DNA from: Octopus sinensis
Lineage: Eukaryota
DNA length: 64,000 bases
Reading direction: 5' to 3'
Assembly: GCF_006345805.1 (NCBI RefSeq)
Contig: NC_043001.1
Location: 68,882,001-68,946,000, forward strand
The notes under the pieces: model-generated
Database searches by the model: none
Told to the model about the DNA's origin: nothing
Seen by the model: the letters and a program-made list of their open reading frames with translations, nothing else
Made by a program: the position numbers and the translations under genes
In this document: piece after piece, positions 1 through 12,470 of the stretch
Position numbering within the stretch: the first letter of the stretch is position 1
Layout: each line of letters starts with the position of its first letter

Positions 1-211
1 ATGATAATGTAAGGTAACTCGCTCGCTGTGGGCAAGTTGTCTTCCCTTGTCACTTCAAATAGAACATTTTCTTCATGTAGCTAAACAGTCTGTGACTCTT
101 ATTTCTAGCAATGGCGGTGCTCACTGCACACTTGGTCACTTTTAGTGACGGTGAATTATTTCCATTTTGGTTTGAAATTGCCTCTAACCACACCTTAATT
201 ATTGTTATTGT

Positions 212-252
<41 letters not shown>

Positions 253-499
253 TATATACGAGAAAGAAGCAACAAGAATGGATAAGTTTTTTAGTACAAT
301 CGTTTCATACAAAGACAGGTTTATTAAAAGTTGCAAAAATTGCAGCATATAAAAGTGTCCCGTACTCATCAGCTAAATACATATGAGTTCTCCAGACATC
401 TTAGTGGTTGAGGCTATACTCATGAAGTATTGGAGATAATTAAATAAAATAAAGCAGATTAGGGTGTAAACAGATTTTTTGTATATATATATATATATA

Positions 500-546
<47 letters not shown>

Positions 547-594
547 GTATATATACATACATATATATACATAATATATATATATATACAAAAT

Positions 595-636
<42 letters not shown>

Positions 637-655
637 TGTATATATACATAATACA

Positions 656-691
<36 letters not shown>

Positions 692-723
692 TATATATAT
701 TATATATATGAATACGCATGATT

Positions 724-1015
724 TAGTGGTTAGTGCTGCACTCACGATTGAAAGATAGTGGTTTCGATCCCCAAACTGGGCATTGTGTTGTGGTTTTGAA
801 TTCTTGAACAAAACACTTCATTTCCCGATTCCCTGCGATCGTTTCGTCATATGACATGTAGGCAGGTCATGCATCAGTACAGGTAATGTCACTTTAAGAA
901 GGGAGTGGTGAGCTTATGTAAACACAGACATTTATTCAATTTAAACAAATCAACTGCGTAGTCGTTCAGCAAGGACCTGATGAGCCAACATACATCATGA
1001 TGTGTGAGTCATGAT
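724..1015 (+). mobile_element. tRNA-derived SINE (degenerate)
   Basis: A-box-like TAGTGGTTAG at 724 and B-box-like GGTTTCGATCCC, followed by a TTCTTGAACAAAACACTTCATTTC core related to the SINE at 53510-53745. Confidence 0.6.
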
Positions 1016-1469
1016 CTATCTACTATCTATCTATCTATCTATCAATCTATCTATCTGTCTGTTCTGTCTGTCTGTCTGTTAGTTTTTATGTATGTACGTA
1101 TATAATATGATATAATATAATATAATATAATATAATATAATATATATATATAAATATATCAACCTTAAAGTGTGGGTGACATATGTCTTGTTTGGTTAGG
1201 ATCGTTTGAACTAAGATGAATCATGTAAAAATCGGGAAAAGGAATACAAACAATGATTATGGGATATTAAGTCATATTACTTATGCCCCATGCTAATTTC
1301 TTTACGCCCGAATGAAGAAATTAATGAGAGGAAGCTTGGATAAATTTACTTGTATATAATTACGGACAATATGTAAACTGGAAGCATCCATTGAAAAATG
1401 CAAATATAACAAGGAAAAATTTACTGCATATCACAGTAAATCAATGTAGAAGATAAAAAGAAGTAGAGA

Positions 1470-1630
1470 AATAATAATAATAATCCTTTCTACTAAAAGC
1501 ACAAGGTCGAACATTTTGGAATCTAATCGATTACATCGACCCCAGTGTTTCGCTGGTACTTCATTTATTGACTCCGAAAGGATGAAAGGCGAACTCTACC
1601 TCAGCGGAATTTGAACTCAGAACGTAAAAT
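1470..1630 (-). mobile_element. SINE family S1, partial
   Basis: Reverse complement contains GAGTTCAAATTCCGCTGAGG...TTTCATCCTTTCGG...CTGGGGTCGATGTAATCGA, shared with copies at 14.7 kb, 16.4 kb, 32.7 kb, 53.9 kb and 62.1 kb. Confidence 0.8.
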
Positions 1631-2100
1631 TTGCCCACACAGAATATGTTCCTTCTGGTCAAACTGTAAACCAGAAATTTTACTTGGCAGTTCGGAAGCG
1701 TTTGCGAGACGCAGTGAGATAAAAACACCCGACCTGTGGCAAAGTGGAAAGTAAGGGTTTCATCATGACAATGCGACGTACCTGAACACCTCCCGCTTGA
1801 CTGTGAGACAGTTTTTGACTAAAAATGGCATGATCCCATTTACTCATCCTGGCTATTCACCCGATCATGCTACCTGCAGCTTTTCTTGTTCTCCTGAATG
1901 AAAAAAGTCCATAAAAGAAAACGCTTTGCATATGTAGAAGAGGTGAAAAAAAAACGACGGAAACGTTAAAAGGCATCACTTCGCAAGAGTTGCAGGACTC
2001 CTTCGAACAAAGGAAAGCGCATCTGGACCGGTTAATTCCATCAAACGGTAAAACTGTAAACATGTAAAACTAAGTGAATAAAATAATATTGCAAAATTCC
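1631..2100 (+). mobile_element. mariner (DD34D) transposase fragment, decayed
   Basis: Manual translation HTEYVPSGQTVNQKFY..., FHHDNA, THPGYSPDHA (cf. mariner HHDNA and YSPDLAP motifs); stops and frameshifts present. Confidence 0.85.
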
Positions 2101-2695
2101 TGTTTCTTTTGTGTCCCCTTACATACACACATACATGTTTATATATCAGTATTGTAATACATCCATTTACACAGATGCACATATACACGTAGAAGACAGA
2201 TAGAGAAATATTTCTTGTTAATGCTTGGGATATTAGCTCCAGCACATGTCTTTGCTTTAATACGTTCTACGTGTAACCATCTTGTCTTTCGACCATTCTG
2301 CATTTACATCAATGTTACTGAATGCTTCCTCCCCCTCCTTTACGTGAGTAGTGGGGAATTGGCAAGAGATGTGACTGCTACACTGTTTAGGAAATTTCAT
2401 TTGTTTGTGGCTGAGGCTTCGTATATCGAACTTTTCTTTCGACGCATACAAATTAATGTGAAATTCAAAAATCTAAACATTTTTGAATTTTCATTTAGAT
2501 CTATCCACAATTTAAACCGTAGTATACAGATGATATAATTTAGTTAAGTGTATCTATTTTTGTGCATGGTGTAGTATGAAAATAAACTCACGTTTTATGG
2601 CTGATTGTAATTTAGATACGATCACGTGGTATATCTATTTGCCTTCATTATTTCTCTGAAGCGCTTCACAGAAGTACTTCTCTGAAGCGTAATTT

Positions 2696-2815
2696 ACTAC
2701 TACTACTACTCTACTACTACTACTACTACTACCACTACTACTACTACTACTACTACAACTCTACTACTTCACTACTACTACTACTAACTACTACTACTAC
2801 TACGTACTACTACTA

Positions 2816-2860
<45 letters not shown>
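2696..2860. repeat. (CTA)n microsatellite at the 3' end of the adjacent RLE LINE
   Basis: Directly visible. Confidence 0.95.
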
Positions 2861-2862
<2 letters not shown>

Positions 2863-5800
2863 TATATCTTTGCTCAGCTTCTAGCGCTGCAGATGCACAC
2901 AGTGTCTGCTGTTCACTACCAGTAAACTACAGTAACACCCTTATTTTTTCGAGCACCATCCGGAGTATTCCAGCGGTTGCAAGCCTCGCTGTTTTCTGTA
3001 AGTGATCCATCCTTATTGCAGCCCCAATTTGTTCCATGTACTTCTCAAGATTTTTACTCGCTGTTCCCAGGGCTCCGACGATTATTGATACCACTGCCAA
3101 CTTTTTCAATGACCATAACTGCTTAATCTTCCAAGCTAACCTTTTGTATCTATCTACTATTTTTTCCTCCTTATCACATACCTTGTCAGCTGGGCATGCT
3201 ATATCTATGATCCAGCATCTTTTGCTTTCTTTCTCGAATATCACTACGTCTGGTTTCCTATTCTGTATCCCATGGTCGCTCTGTATCACAAAATGCCATA
3301 CGATCTTTGCATTATCATTTTCGATGATGCCTTCGGGTTTCTTTGCTCTGTGAAGTCCATACTTGTTGCAAATTGATCAATAGACAATCCTTGCTATATT
3401 GTCATGGCTTTCTGGGCTAGTGGTGTACATTGACTGGTAATATGCCAAACGTTTTCACCATTTTGTCCACAAATTTTGCACTTATCACTTTCTGACGGGT
3501 TGTCTATTCTGAATTTGATGTAATTGGTTTTTAATGCTTGCTCTTGAGCAGCACAAACTAGAGATTCCGTATCCGGTTTTCAATCACTTTTAGACATCTA
3601 TAGCCATCTTTTTCTCTGTCTTATCTTCAATATTCCTATGAATTATCCATGTATTCTTTACTTTATCCACCTATTTTCAGTTTCATTCATTCTGAAGTGC
3701 TTCTACATGTTTCACGAGCTCTATTTGCTGAAAATATCTTTGAGATTCTACCATGCAACGCCTTCTCCTGTCAGTCAGATAAATTCAGTTCTTTTTTCAG
3801 GTTTTAAAGTTCGCTTGGTACTTTGGTTTCCCTATGTCTTGCTGTGACGCTAGAAGCCATTAATAAAATTTCTTCACTATTACCTGCATAAGAGTCAATA
3901 TCTACTTTAGCTAACTCCACGCTGCCTTCTATTGATATTAACCCTCTTGCGTCTTCCTTTCTAGGTAGGTATAATATTGCTACTCTTGCTCTTGGGTGGA
4001 GTCCTCCGTTTCTATTGAATTATTTCCTTGTTCTTCTATCTAGCTTTGCTAATTCAGTTTTTGCCAAATCTACAACAGCCTTCACTATATTTACAGCTTT
4101 CACTGGATTTGGACCATTTAGCTTTGACTTCATGAGTTTCCTCACCCTTCTGATGTACGCCTTTTCATTTCTGTAGTTAGTACTCTGTCAGATTCTAATA
4201 CTCCTAGATATAACTCTTTCTTCCTTTCAATGATTTTAATGTCCTGCCATCTGGTAATTGGATGCCTTCGCTGTTGACTACCTATCCCCTTCTCATATTA
4301 ATATTACACGGTTATCTATGCCAAATTCCATGGCTATATCTTTGCTGAAGAGTCGTACAGTCTGTATAAAAGAATCTATCTCTTTTTTATTCTTACTAAA
4401 AAGCTTCAGATCATCCATGAAGAGGAAATAGTTAATTTTTCATTAATATTTTTGAACTGATACCCTGCCTTTGCCTTCTTCAATAGTAAACTTATGGGTA
4501 TGAAACATAAATAAGACAAATATTAAAGGGGACAATGAGTCCCCTTGGAAAATTTCTCTTTTGATATTAACTTTCGCTAAGAGAGCGTCATCTGAGTAGA
4601 GATCTTCTTTCCATTTCTTCATGCTAATTAATTAATTCCCTGATGTTGTCAGCTATACTGAATATACTAAAGCATTCACTTATCCACGAGTGTGGGATCA
4701 TGTCATAGGCTTTTCTATAATCTATCTATTCTATTGTTAGGATTTTCATTCTAGCTTTTACTTCATTTAGAACTGCTTTCTTCCTGCAACCTTTTTGTTC
4801 TTCTGGTAGTAAATTTCGGTTGTCAAGGTGCTCGAAAATGCTCTTTGAAAGCGTTCCTGTTAACAGATTCTACATTAATGGTAAGCAACTGATTGGTCTA
4901 TAGTCGCTAGCTGTAATACCCTTGCTTTTATCATTTATAAAGCGTATTGTCCTCCCACTTATCATCCAATCTGGTATTATTTCTCCATTAAGACAATACT
5001 GAAGTTATTCCCTCAGATTCCCTTGTAAACTACTGAATTTCTTTAGCCAGTACCCTTGAAATAAATCTGGAGAGCTTGCCCGCTACTGTTTCAACTCTTC
5101 TGTTATTTTCCCAAATCCTTTCCCTTTTACTAAGTATCTTTCCACGAAGCAAGTTTTGTTTGTTTGTTTTCCATGCTTCTATTCTACCCAGATCTTGTCT
5201 TAAAGCCTTAACTTTATTTTCTAGTCTTCTTTTCCACATTTGTGCTTTTTTAATCTTTCCCTGTGAGATATCTAATCTTCTGGTGACTACTATCCCTCCT
5301 GCATAGATCAATAAGTTACTGTCTTCTATATTTTTAGTATCTATCCTACTGAATACAGAATCTTCTTTCCTAGTCATTTCTTGTAGCTTCCTTCTGTTGG
5401 TGCCTTTTAATACTGGCAATCTTTTCCTTTCTTCTTTACTCATTACTTCCTGCAACTCATCTAAAATATTCTGATCTTCTTCACTTAAATTACATAAGTC
5501 GCTGGTGCCAGTTGTCCCCTCCTTATTGGTAGCGCCATTATTGTTTTTTTTTCTTTAGGCTCTTTGTTTTGAGCTGTATCTATTATGTTGGTGTTTGTCT
5601 TTCTCACTGCCTAGTCTTTCTTTTCCAGTTCTCTTGTGATCTCTTTTACCTCCAATTCTGTCATTAAACTTTCTTCTCCTAATAGCATTAGCTCGATCAA
5701 CTAAACTCTGCTCAGTCACTTTAAACATGCCCTTCTCTAGTCAAAGTGTTAACATTCGTTTTCAGCAGCCTCTGCTTTTAGGTTCTCTTTCTAAGTAGCT

Positions 5801-6040
5801 CTGTACCATTATCGTGCCTTTTTCGCTGGTCCACTTCCTCCTCCTTGCTGTATTTTCTGCTGATACCTTATTAGGATGGCATTTGTAGCCAGTCTGCATC
5901 TTTACTGATCTTTACTGAATGCCGAGCGACAGGCATTCCCTTAAAAGTTCAGCTTCATTTTCGCTGTTACAACCAGAGTTCTTCGGTAACTCCTGTCTGT
6001 CATAAACCGAGATAAGGTAACTTTCGTCCCCATCGTCATC
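2861..6040 (-). mobile_element. R4/Dong-type RLE non-LTR retrotransposon, near full length, decayed (copy A)
   Basis: RLE domain in ORF 2927-3289 (KPDVVIFEK...IIDIACP...IVGALG); RT motifs QGDSLSP (~4529-4549) and FMDDLKL (~4401-4425); N-terminal region in ORFs 5030-5455 and 5912-6097. Confidence 0.9.
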
Positions 6041-6149
6041 ATCACTAATATTTTTCATTATTATCATTATTCTTTTTTCCTCTTTTTCTAGTGTCATATA
6101 ATAAGTATACTTCCCTCCCTCTAATGTATACCGTGTATACTTTTTATTT

Positions 6150-6245
6150 CATAATTCCATTATATGTAAGCCCCCCCCCCACACTTTATGTCTGTCTTTG
6201 TATTGTCCTCTCATCCTTCGCTCTAGTTGCAAATAAAAGAAATCA
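6150..6245 (+). mobile_element. Isolated retroposon 3' tail related to the Tx1-like/SINE tail
   Basis: ATGTCTGTCTTTGTATTGTCC...GCAAATAAAAGAAA resembles 54047-54105 and the reverse complement of 24124-24195. Confidence 0.5.
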
Positions 6246-6260
6246 ACATCATCATTATTA

Positions 6261-6575
6261 TAGACGTCACACAGTATACAATACCGTGAGGTTGGTGATT
6301 AAAGATATCGTCCTACCGGGGGTTGTACTGTTTGTCAAGTCACAAGGACCTCAGGCAGACAGTACTTTACACAATATGTGTGCAGTTTCAAGTAATGACG
6401 ATTTTGCAATACATCTAGATTGTAGTGTTTTCAGATGTTTTTTCATTGTGGTATTGAACACAATGCTCCGATGACAATTGCAACAACCCTTATGTTCAAC
6501 TCACGTAGCTGCCACATCTTAGCTATCTCAATTCTCAGGTTTCCATATTTATCAACTTTTTCTTTCTCTCCTGAT
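6261..6575 (-). mobile_element. 5'-truncated R4/Dong-type LINE 3' end (copy B)
   Basis: EKEKVDKYGNLRIEIAKMWQLRELNIRVVAIVIGAL in ORF 6443-6679; AAT-type repeats at both ends. Confidence 0.85.
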
Positions 6576-6577
6576 GA

Positions 6578-6618
<41 letters not shown>

Positions 6619-6648
6619 TATTACTATTATTATTATTATTATTATTAT

Positions 6649-8400
6649 TTTCATTGTCACCTTTCAAGTCTGTTCCCATTTTTTTCCGAGTGTCTTCCTG
6701 ACACCTAGGGCAGAGAAAGTGACTGTATACATTGGTAGGCCACCAAAACGTATTTTGCTTTGCTTTTGATTTAATTTTCCTTGCAACTACTGTTGCTGCA
6801 CTTCCGTCATGCTGTTCAACCTAGGTATTATGTATAACCTCACATAAAAATATTTTGCTCTCATTCATAACAGAATGTAGCTTCTTACGTCTTTCATGGT
6901 TTTTAACGAGCTTTAGCATCCAGTTGTTAAATGTTTTAAGACACTTTGCTAGTCCAATTGTGGTGGTTTTGTAGATTTCAAATTTGATCAAACCTCGACT
7001 CCTTGAGCTCTGGTTAGGTAAAGACGATCTATGTTGCCTTTGGCTGGTGCGTCGTATTGCAAGTCAGCAGTTTACGAATTTTCCTGTCAATGTTCCTTAT
7101 TTCGCTCATATTCCAGTTCAACTCATTGAAACTGTAAATAACAACCGGAACTCTTAAGGTATTTATAGCTAACACCTTGTTACGTGCATTTAACTCGGAT
7201 TTTAGGACTGCTCGATCCCTCCTGTAACACGCCTTCCTGATCCTCTCTTCCATACTTGCATGCTGAATGCTACAGTCCTCATTTATTCCTAGGTATTTGT
7301 AAGGTTAGTCATTGATATTTCACCTGTCATTATTTCAATCTGTTTTTCAATGTAACTTTCTAAATTCGAAATTCTTCCCAGGATTGTATTTCTTTTTTTT
7401 TTCAGAGGCATGCAACTGATTTCAATTTTCTTAGCAGCAGCGTAGATAATTTTATTTAATTCAGTGAGATCTGGTTTTAGTTCCTGTATAATTTCCTTTG
7501 TTACATAATTTCCAATTTTAATTTGTTTTCTATTTTAGATTGTATTTTAGAGCTTATGAAGGATCTCTATCATGCATATTGGCATGCCTTACAACTGCAA
7601 GCTTATTCAGGGTTTCTTGCGTCATTTCTGTCATAGTCCCTCTATGTTCTTCAGTAGTCTTCAAATATTGTTTCCTTTCCACTTTCCTTGTTATCTTTAT
7701 CAGGTTTACTACAATTTATTTCTTCAGACGTTTGCGTGTTCTGGTCAGATGGCAGAGTTGGTCATTTTGTCTGGTTCTTCCTTTCCTTTCTGTCTTACAT
7801 TTAAGTCATCTTCCACTGCGTGCTTGATCACGATTATTTCACTCTCTGTGAGTCTTTTATTTCTAAAGAAATCCCTCCTAAAATTTGCTAACTTATTTTC
7901 GTCTAAATATAGTCTGCTGTCTTGATTTCGTGTTCTGCATATTTAATAAGAGTGTGCGGTATGTTTCTCTTCAGATGTCCTGCCTAAAGCAATGTAACAG
8001 GCGTATATTACTTCTGTATACTCTTCTCGGATCCATTTGATCCTCTTACAATTTTCTTTCTATGGTGAGTGCATTGGTGGAATTGGAGGGCTCGAGTTGG
8101 GGCAGTTGAGGTTGAAGTGACCATCCAGGTTCGTATTCAGAGAAAAGTTTGTGCCAGTGTATGACTTTTCAAACCCAGGCTGGCTTTCTCCTGGGGGACG
8201 CGCTTCCATATTAACAATAGGATAAGCAATTTGGTGTACTGTTTTAGTTTTTGTGTTTGATTCGTTAGACATATTTGTGTTAACTTAAAATATTAGTATT
8301 TAACCATTTATTGTGCCAGAGGTAGAGACGGTTGTTGTCCCTGCAACTAATATCGATTCCGCTATTAATATCGTTACAGTTACTTTAACTGCTTTTACAG
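6649..8400 (-). mobile_element. R4/Dong-type LINE with internal deletions (copy C): N-terminus, post-RT region and 3' UTR, RT core absent
   Basis: ORF 7029-7253 (KSELNARNKVLAINT..PVVIYSF...IDRKIRKLL), N-terminal ORF 8060-8272; 3' UTR at 6649-6745 matches 61437-61520. Confidence 0.8.
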
Positions 8401-8421
8401 CAATAATAATTATTATTGATT

Positions 8422-8826
8422 GAGAGAGCAGTAGTGTGGGAACATCATATCCATGTATTGAGAGTAATTATTTAGAGTTTAAATAATTCATGTGTGTAAA
8501 CATTGGTGTTTCATTCAACATCCTCAAACAACCCTCATTCAAGGACCATTTGTACGAGATGTGCTACTTGACCTGACGAAAATTCTAACTAATACAAAGT
8601 CACGCGATGTTAATCTTAATATGAGGTCCCCATGTGATTGTGATGCATGTGCCTGGTGTACCCTTATCAGACATGTTCAACTGGTTGAGGCCAAACATTT
8701 GACAAGCAAATCTGTGGTATTCAGCAGAATATTTACAGTAGCCATCTTTTATACCAAGAAAAACAATGTACATGATAACAATTCCAAAACTAGAAGCTAT
8801 GAGAGCCAGTGCCTGGTACGGCATCA

Positions 8827-8828
<2 letters not shown>
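8422..8828. mobile_element. Unclassified interspersed repeat (family D), copy with an internally inverted segment
   Basis: 8426-8672 is the reverse complement of about 8975-9245; 8673-8828 is a direct match to about 9285-9408. Confidence 0.8.
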
Positions 8829-8899
<71 letters not shown>

Positions 8900-9408
8900 G
8901 AGCGAGAGAGCAGTGCATGCCATCAAAGCGACACTGGGATTAAATATACGAAGCCCAGTATACCCATCATGACTACCTGTCTGATAAGGGTACACCAGGC
9001 ACATTCATCACAACCATATGTGCACGACATGGTGATCTCATACCAAGATAAACAGCACCTGACCTTGCAGGTAGGGCTCAGTTAGAATTTTCTTCTGGTC
9101 AAGTAGTCTATCCCGCTCAAAAGTTCCTTGAATAAGGATTGTTTAAGGATGTCGATCAAACCACCCATGTTTCGAAAGGTAAATTGTTCAAACCTGTAAG
9201 ATTTCCTCTCAACACACGGCTATGATGCTGCCCCCCTACTCCTGCTTGTGATCAGAGATGCACATATCGTAAGCCACTAAGTTACATACTCAACATGTTA
9301 AGGTCAAACAACTGTGGTATCGAGCAGAATATTTGCTGTAGCCCAACTTTTATACCAAGACAAAACAATGTACATCATAACTTCCAATCAGTTAAGATCA
9401 GAAGCCAC
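8900..9408 (+). mobile_element. Unclassified non-coding interspersed repeat (family D), flanked by (ATT)n
   Basis: Second copy at 8422-8828; no credible ORF; strand assignment arbitrary. Confidence 0.75.
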
Positions 9409-9475
9409 TATTATTATTAATATCATCATCATTCTTCTTCTTCTTCTTCTTCTTCTTCTTCTTCTTCTTCTTCTT

Positions 9476-9506
<31 letters not shown>

Positions 9507-9520
9507 TTATTATTATTATC

Positions 9521-11098
9521 ATTCAGTAGTCTTATGTTTATCACGTGCTTTCACTGCACTCCCGAGCGCAGCTCTGATTGCCTTGGGTATGTGCTGTGGT
9601 TTTTTGTGATGCTGTTATTGTTACTGTATTGAAAGTGCTTTACGTAGGATGTGTGCGGTGCCTAGTAGTCCTATTTTCTGCATGTTATATATACTTGTTA
9701 GTCCTGGTGTTTTTAGTATGCATTTGTTTGAAGATTTTTTTTATCATACATAATGCACCTATTATAATAGGAATTGTTTCTGTTTTTGGACTCCACATTC
9801 GAGTTACCTATATTTCCAAGTCATTGTATTTTGAAAGTTTCTCCATTTCTTTTAGAGAAATGTTGTCATCTGTTGGTATTGATATATCGATTAAAAAGCA
9901 TTTCTCTTCTCGATGATCTCTGACAAATATATCCGGTCTATTGGCCTTAATTTCTCTATCTGTGTGTATTGGTATATCCCATAGTATGGTTGCTTTCTCA
10001 TTTTCCGTAACCTTTTCTGGCGTGTGCCTACACCATCTGTTTTCTATTGTTATTCCATAGTTTTGGCATAGCTTCCAGTGTATATAGATCCCAACTCTTT
10101 CGTGTCTGTGAATATATTGCTTCTAAACCAGGTCTGGGCAGCTAGAGATAATATGGTTTATTGTTTCTTGTCCATCTCCACATATTCTGCAGTTACTTGT
10201 TATGTTTCTTTTCATTATATGATTTTGGTAATTTCTGGTGGGGAGGCTTTTAGTTTTGTGCTGCAATTAAAAATCCTTCAGTCTCTGCCCTTGAGTGCAG
10301 ATCTTCTCAGCCAGTGTTGGTGTTTTGCTTTGTCTATTTCTTTTGCGTTTAATTTAACCCTGTATTTGTTATGAAGGGGATTTCCTTGCCATCGTTTTGT
10401 CATGATCCGTTGCTGTTCCAGTCTTAATTTGGATTTCTGTTTTTTAAAGCTTGTGTTATTTCGTCGTTTTCTTCATAGCTGTTAAAGACTGAAAACAGTT
10501 TTTTGTTTTGCTCGTGTTTTGCGACTGTTTGTATGTTTTCCTTGCTTCTGAAGTAGGTATTTTTGTAGTTCTATGGTGGTTATTTTGTAATAGTTTTTAG
10601 CTGTATAAGGCCTCTACCACTTTCTATACGTTGTATATATACCCTTTCTACGTCAAATCTTGGGTGATGCATCCAAAATCCTGTCCTTATTCATCTTGTT
10701 TTCCTGTCTATTTTGATTAGTTCACTTAGTGTCCAGTTAAAGATATTGTAGCTGTAACTTATAACTGGGATGGCTAGAGTGTTGAAACCTATTATCTTGT
10801 TTTCCGTATTGAGCTCTTTTTTTCAGTATTAATCTAACTCGTCTATATTATTCTTTTTTATTTGCTCCTTCATTTGTGTGTGTTATATCGTAACTAGTAT
10901 TTGTATGTCTGGCTTTGGTCTAATTCTCTTATCTCATCTGCTTTATCTTGTGTGATGTTGCTACTCTTGATTAGTTTTCCTCCTTTCAGGTTGATTTGGC
11001 CTATTTTCTAAGCCAACTTTCATGTACTCTTTGTAGTAATGTTTCCAGCTGTTTATCATTTGTAGTGTGCGGTTTTAGGTCATCCGTATATAAGAGGT

Positions 11099-11100
<2 letters not shown>
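9521..11100 (-). mobile_element. 5'-truncated R4/Dong-type LINE (copy E), from RT YxDD to the 3' UTR
   Basis: HLLYTDDLK at the 5' end (ORF 11001-11273); RLE RPDIFVRD...LIDISIP; 3' UTR matches 28841-29121 and 60633-60720. Confidence 0.9.
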
Positions 11101-11154
<54 letters not shown>

Positions 11155-11200
11155 GTTATTATTATTATTATTATTATTGTTATTATTATTATTATTATTA

Positions 11201-11264
<64 letters not shown>

Positions 11265-11344
11265 TATTATCATTATTATTTACAGAATTTATTTAGAGAA
11301 TGTAAATATCAGCACTGCTTAACAAAACCATCCACACTTAAACG

Positions 11345-11390
<46 letters not shown>

Positions 11391-11439
11391 CACGCACACA
11401 CACATGTTCGTACAAATACATACAACTATCGAAACCCTG

Positions 11440-11830
11440 AATTTTGCTCTATTTGGCCAGGCGTGTATGATAAACGTCGTCGTATACGAAGCTGAAGTTG
11501 CAAACAAATCGTTTGAAAAGAAGGATTACATCAGATTATGTTAGAGCAAATCCAAGAGACGTTTTGCAAACCACCTATCTTCTTTTCAGCACATCAATAA
11601 AACTAATGCAACTGTGTTGGCTAACTACGTATGGAATTTCAAGAGTAGCTCCACATTACATACAACCAAGTGGAGAAATCCAAGCTATATGTTAATGTAA
11701 CTTATTCGTAGCAGAACGATCTCATATTCTTCTTCGATCCAGCAATTCTTACATGCTGCTTAATTCGAGATCTGGAACTTTTAGCAGGTTTAGACGCATG
11801 GACAGGTTTTTATCGAAGTGGAGGACACCA
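11440..11830 (+). mobile_element. Penelope-like element GIY-YIG endonuclease remnant
   Basis: NVVVYEAEV...KKDYIRLC then KRRFANHLSSFQH...LANYVWNFK, CNL..., LLNSRS, matching the PLE endonuclease C-terminal pattern. Confidence 0.7.
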
Positions 11831-12308
11831 CTCGCTCCTGATTGAGTTGCTGTCTTGCATACTTTGACATATATTTTGTTATTTAGCTCTAAACCAGTTG
11901 TATTCAATGAGCGTTCTGTAATCAAGGAAAACGAGAATCTTAGGTCTTGATTTCGTTTCTTTCTTCTCGTTCCATTTTTGAAAACAAAATTCTTCACGTT
12001 TTTTCCACGTTTTGTTTCTTCTTTTCTTATTGTCCAGTGTCCTTGTTTTAAAGAAATACGTATATATAACGCATAAGCAGAGCCTGAAAGTTTGCTTTAA
12101 GATACATGGTGTATTTTAGAAATATGCTTGTTCATGTATCATAATAGTATGAAACTATTAGCAGCGTTTTCGGTTGTATATCTATATGTAAGAGGCGGGT
12201 TTTTCAAATTACATAGCCTCATAGTGTGAGGCATTTACGTGTAGTAATGCCCTTGGTATAATAAATTAACACACACGAACACAAACACGCGCATACACAC
12301 ATGCACAC

Positions 12309-12362
<54 letters not shown>

Positions 12363-12369
12363 ATATATA

Positions 12370-12470
12370 GGGTAAATAATTATAAATTTTAAAAAACCAA
12401 CAATTATTTTCGGGTAGATTTCGGTATGTAAATATAACCATTATCGGTAGGAACATTTTTTATAGAACTT
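12370..12470. repeat. Dispersed repeat, second copy at 54675-54785; possibly a PLE terminal repeat
   Basis: Shared AAAAACC.CAATTATTT.C.GGTAGA.TTCGGTATGTAAATATA.CC.AT..CCGG.AGGAAC. Confidence 0.6.

Noticed and set aside
724-790. tRNA-like A/B boxes in SINE heads (also 34400-34458, 35719-35790, 53680-53745)
   Set aside because: They continue into SINE bodies and lack a complete cloverleaf, so they are not tRNA genes
440-811. Many ORFs of poly-IY, YV, TH, CV, SIYL, poly-I/N/L type throughout the window
   Set aside because: They are translations of (TA)n, (CA)n, (TATG)n, (TATC)n and (AAT)n microsatellites, not genes
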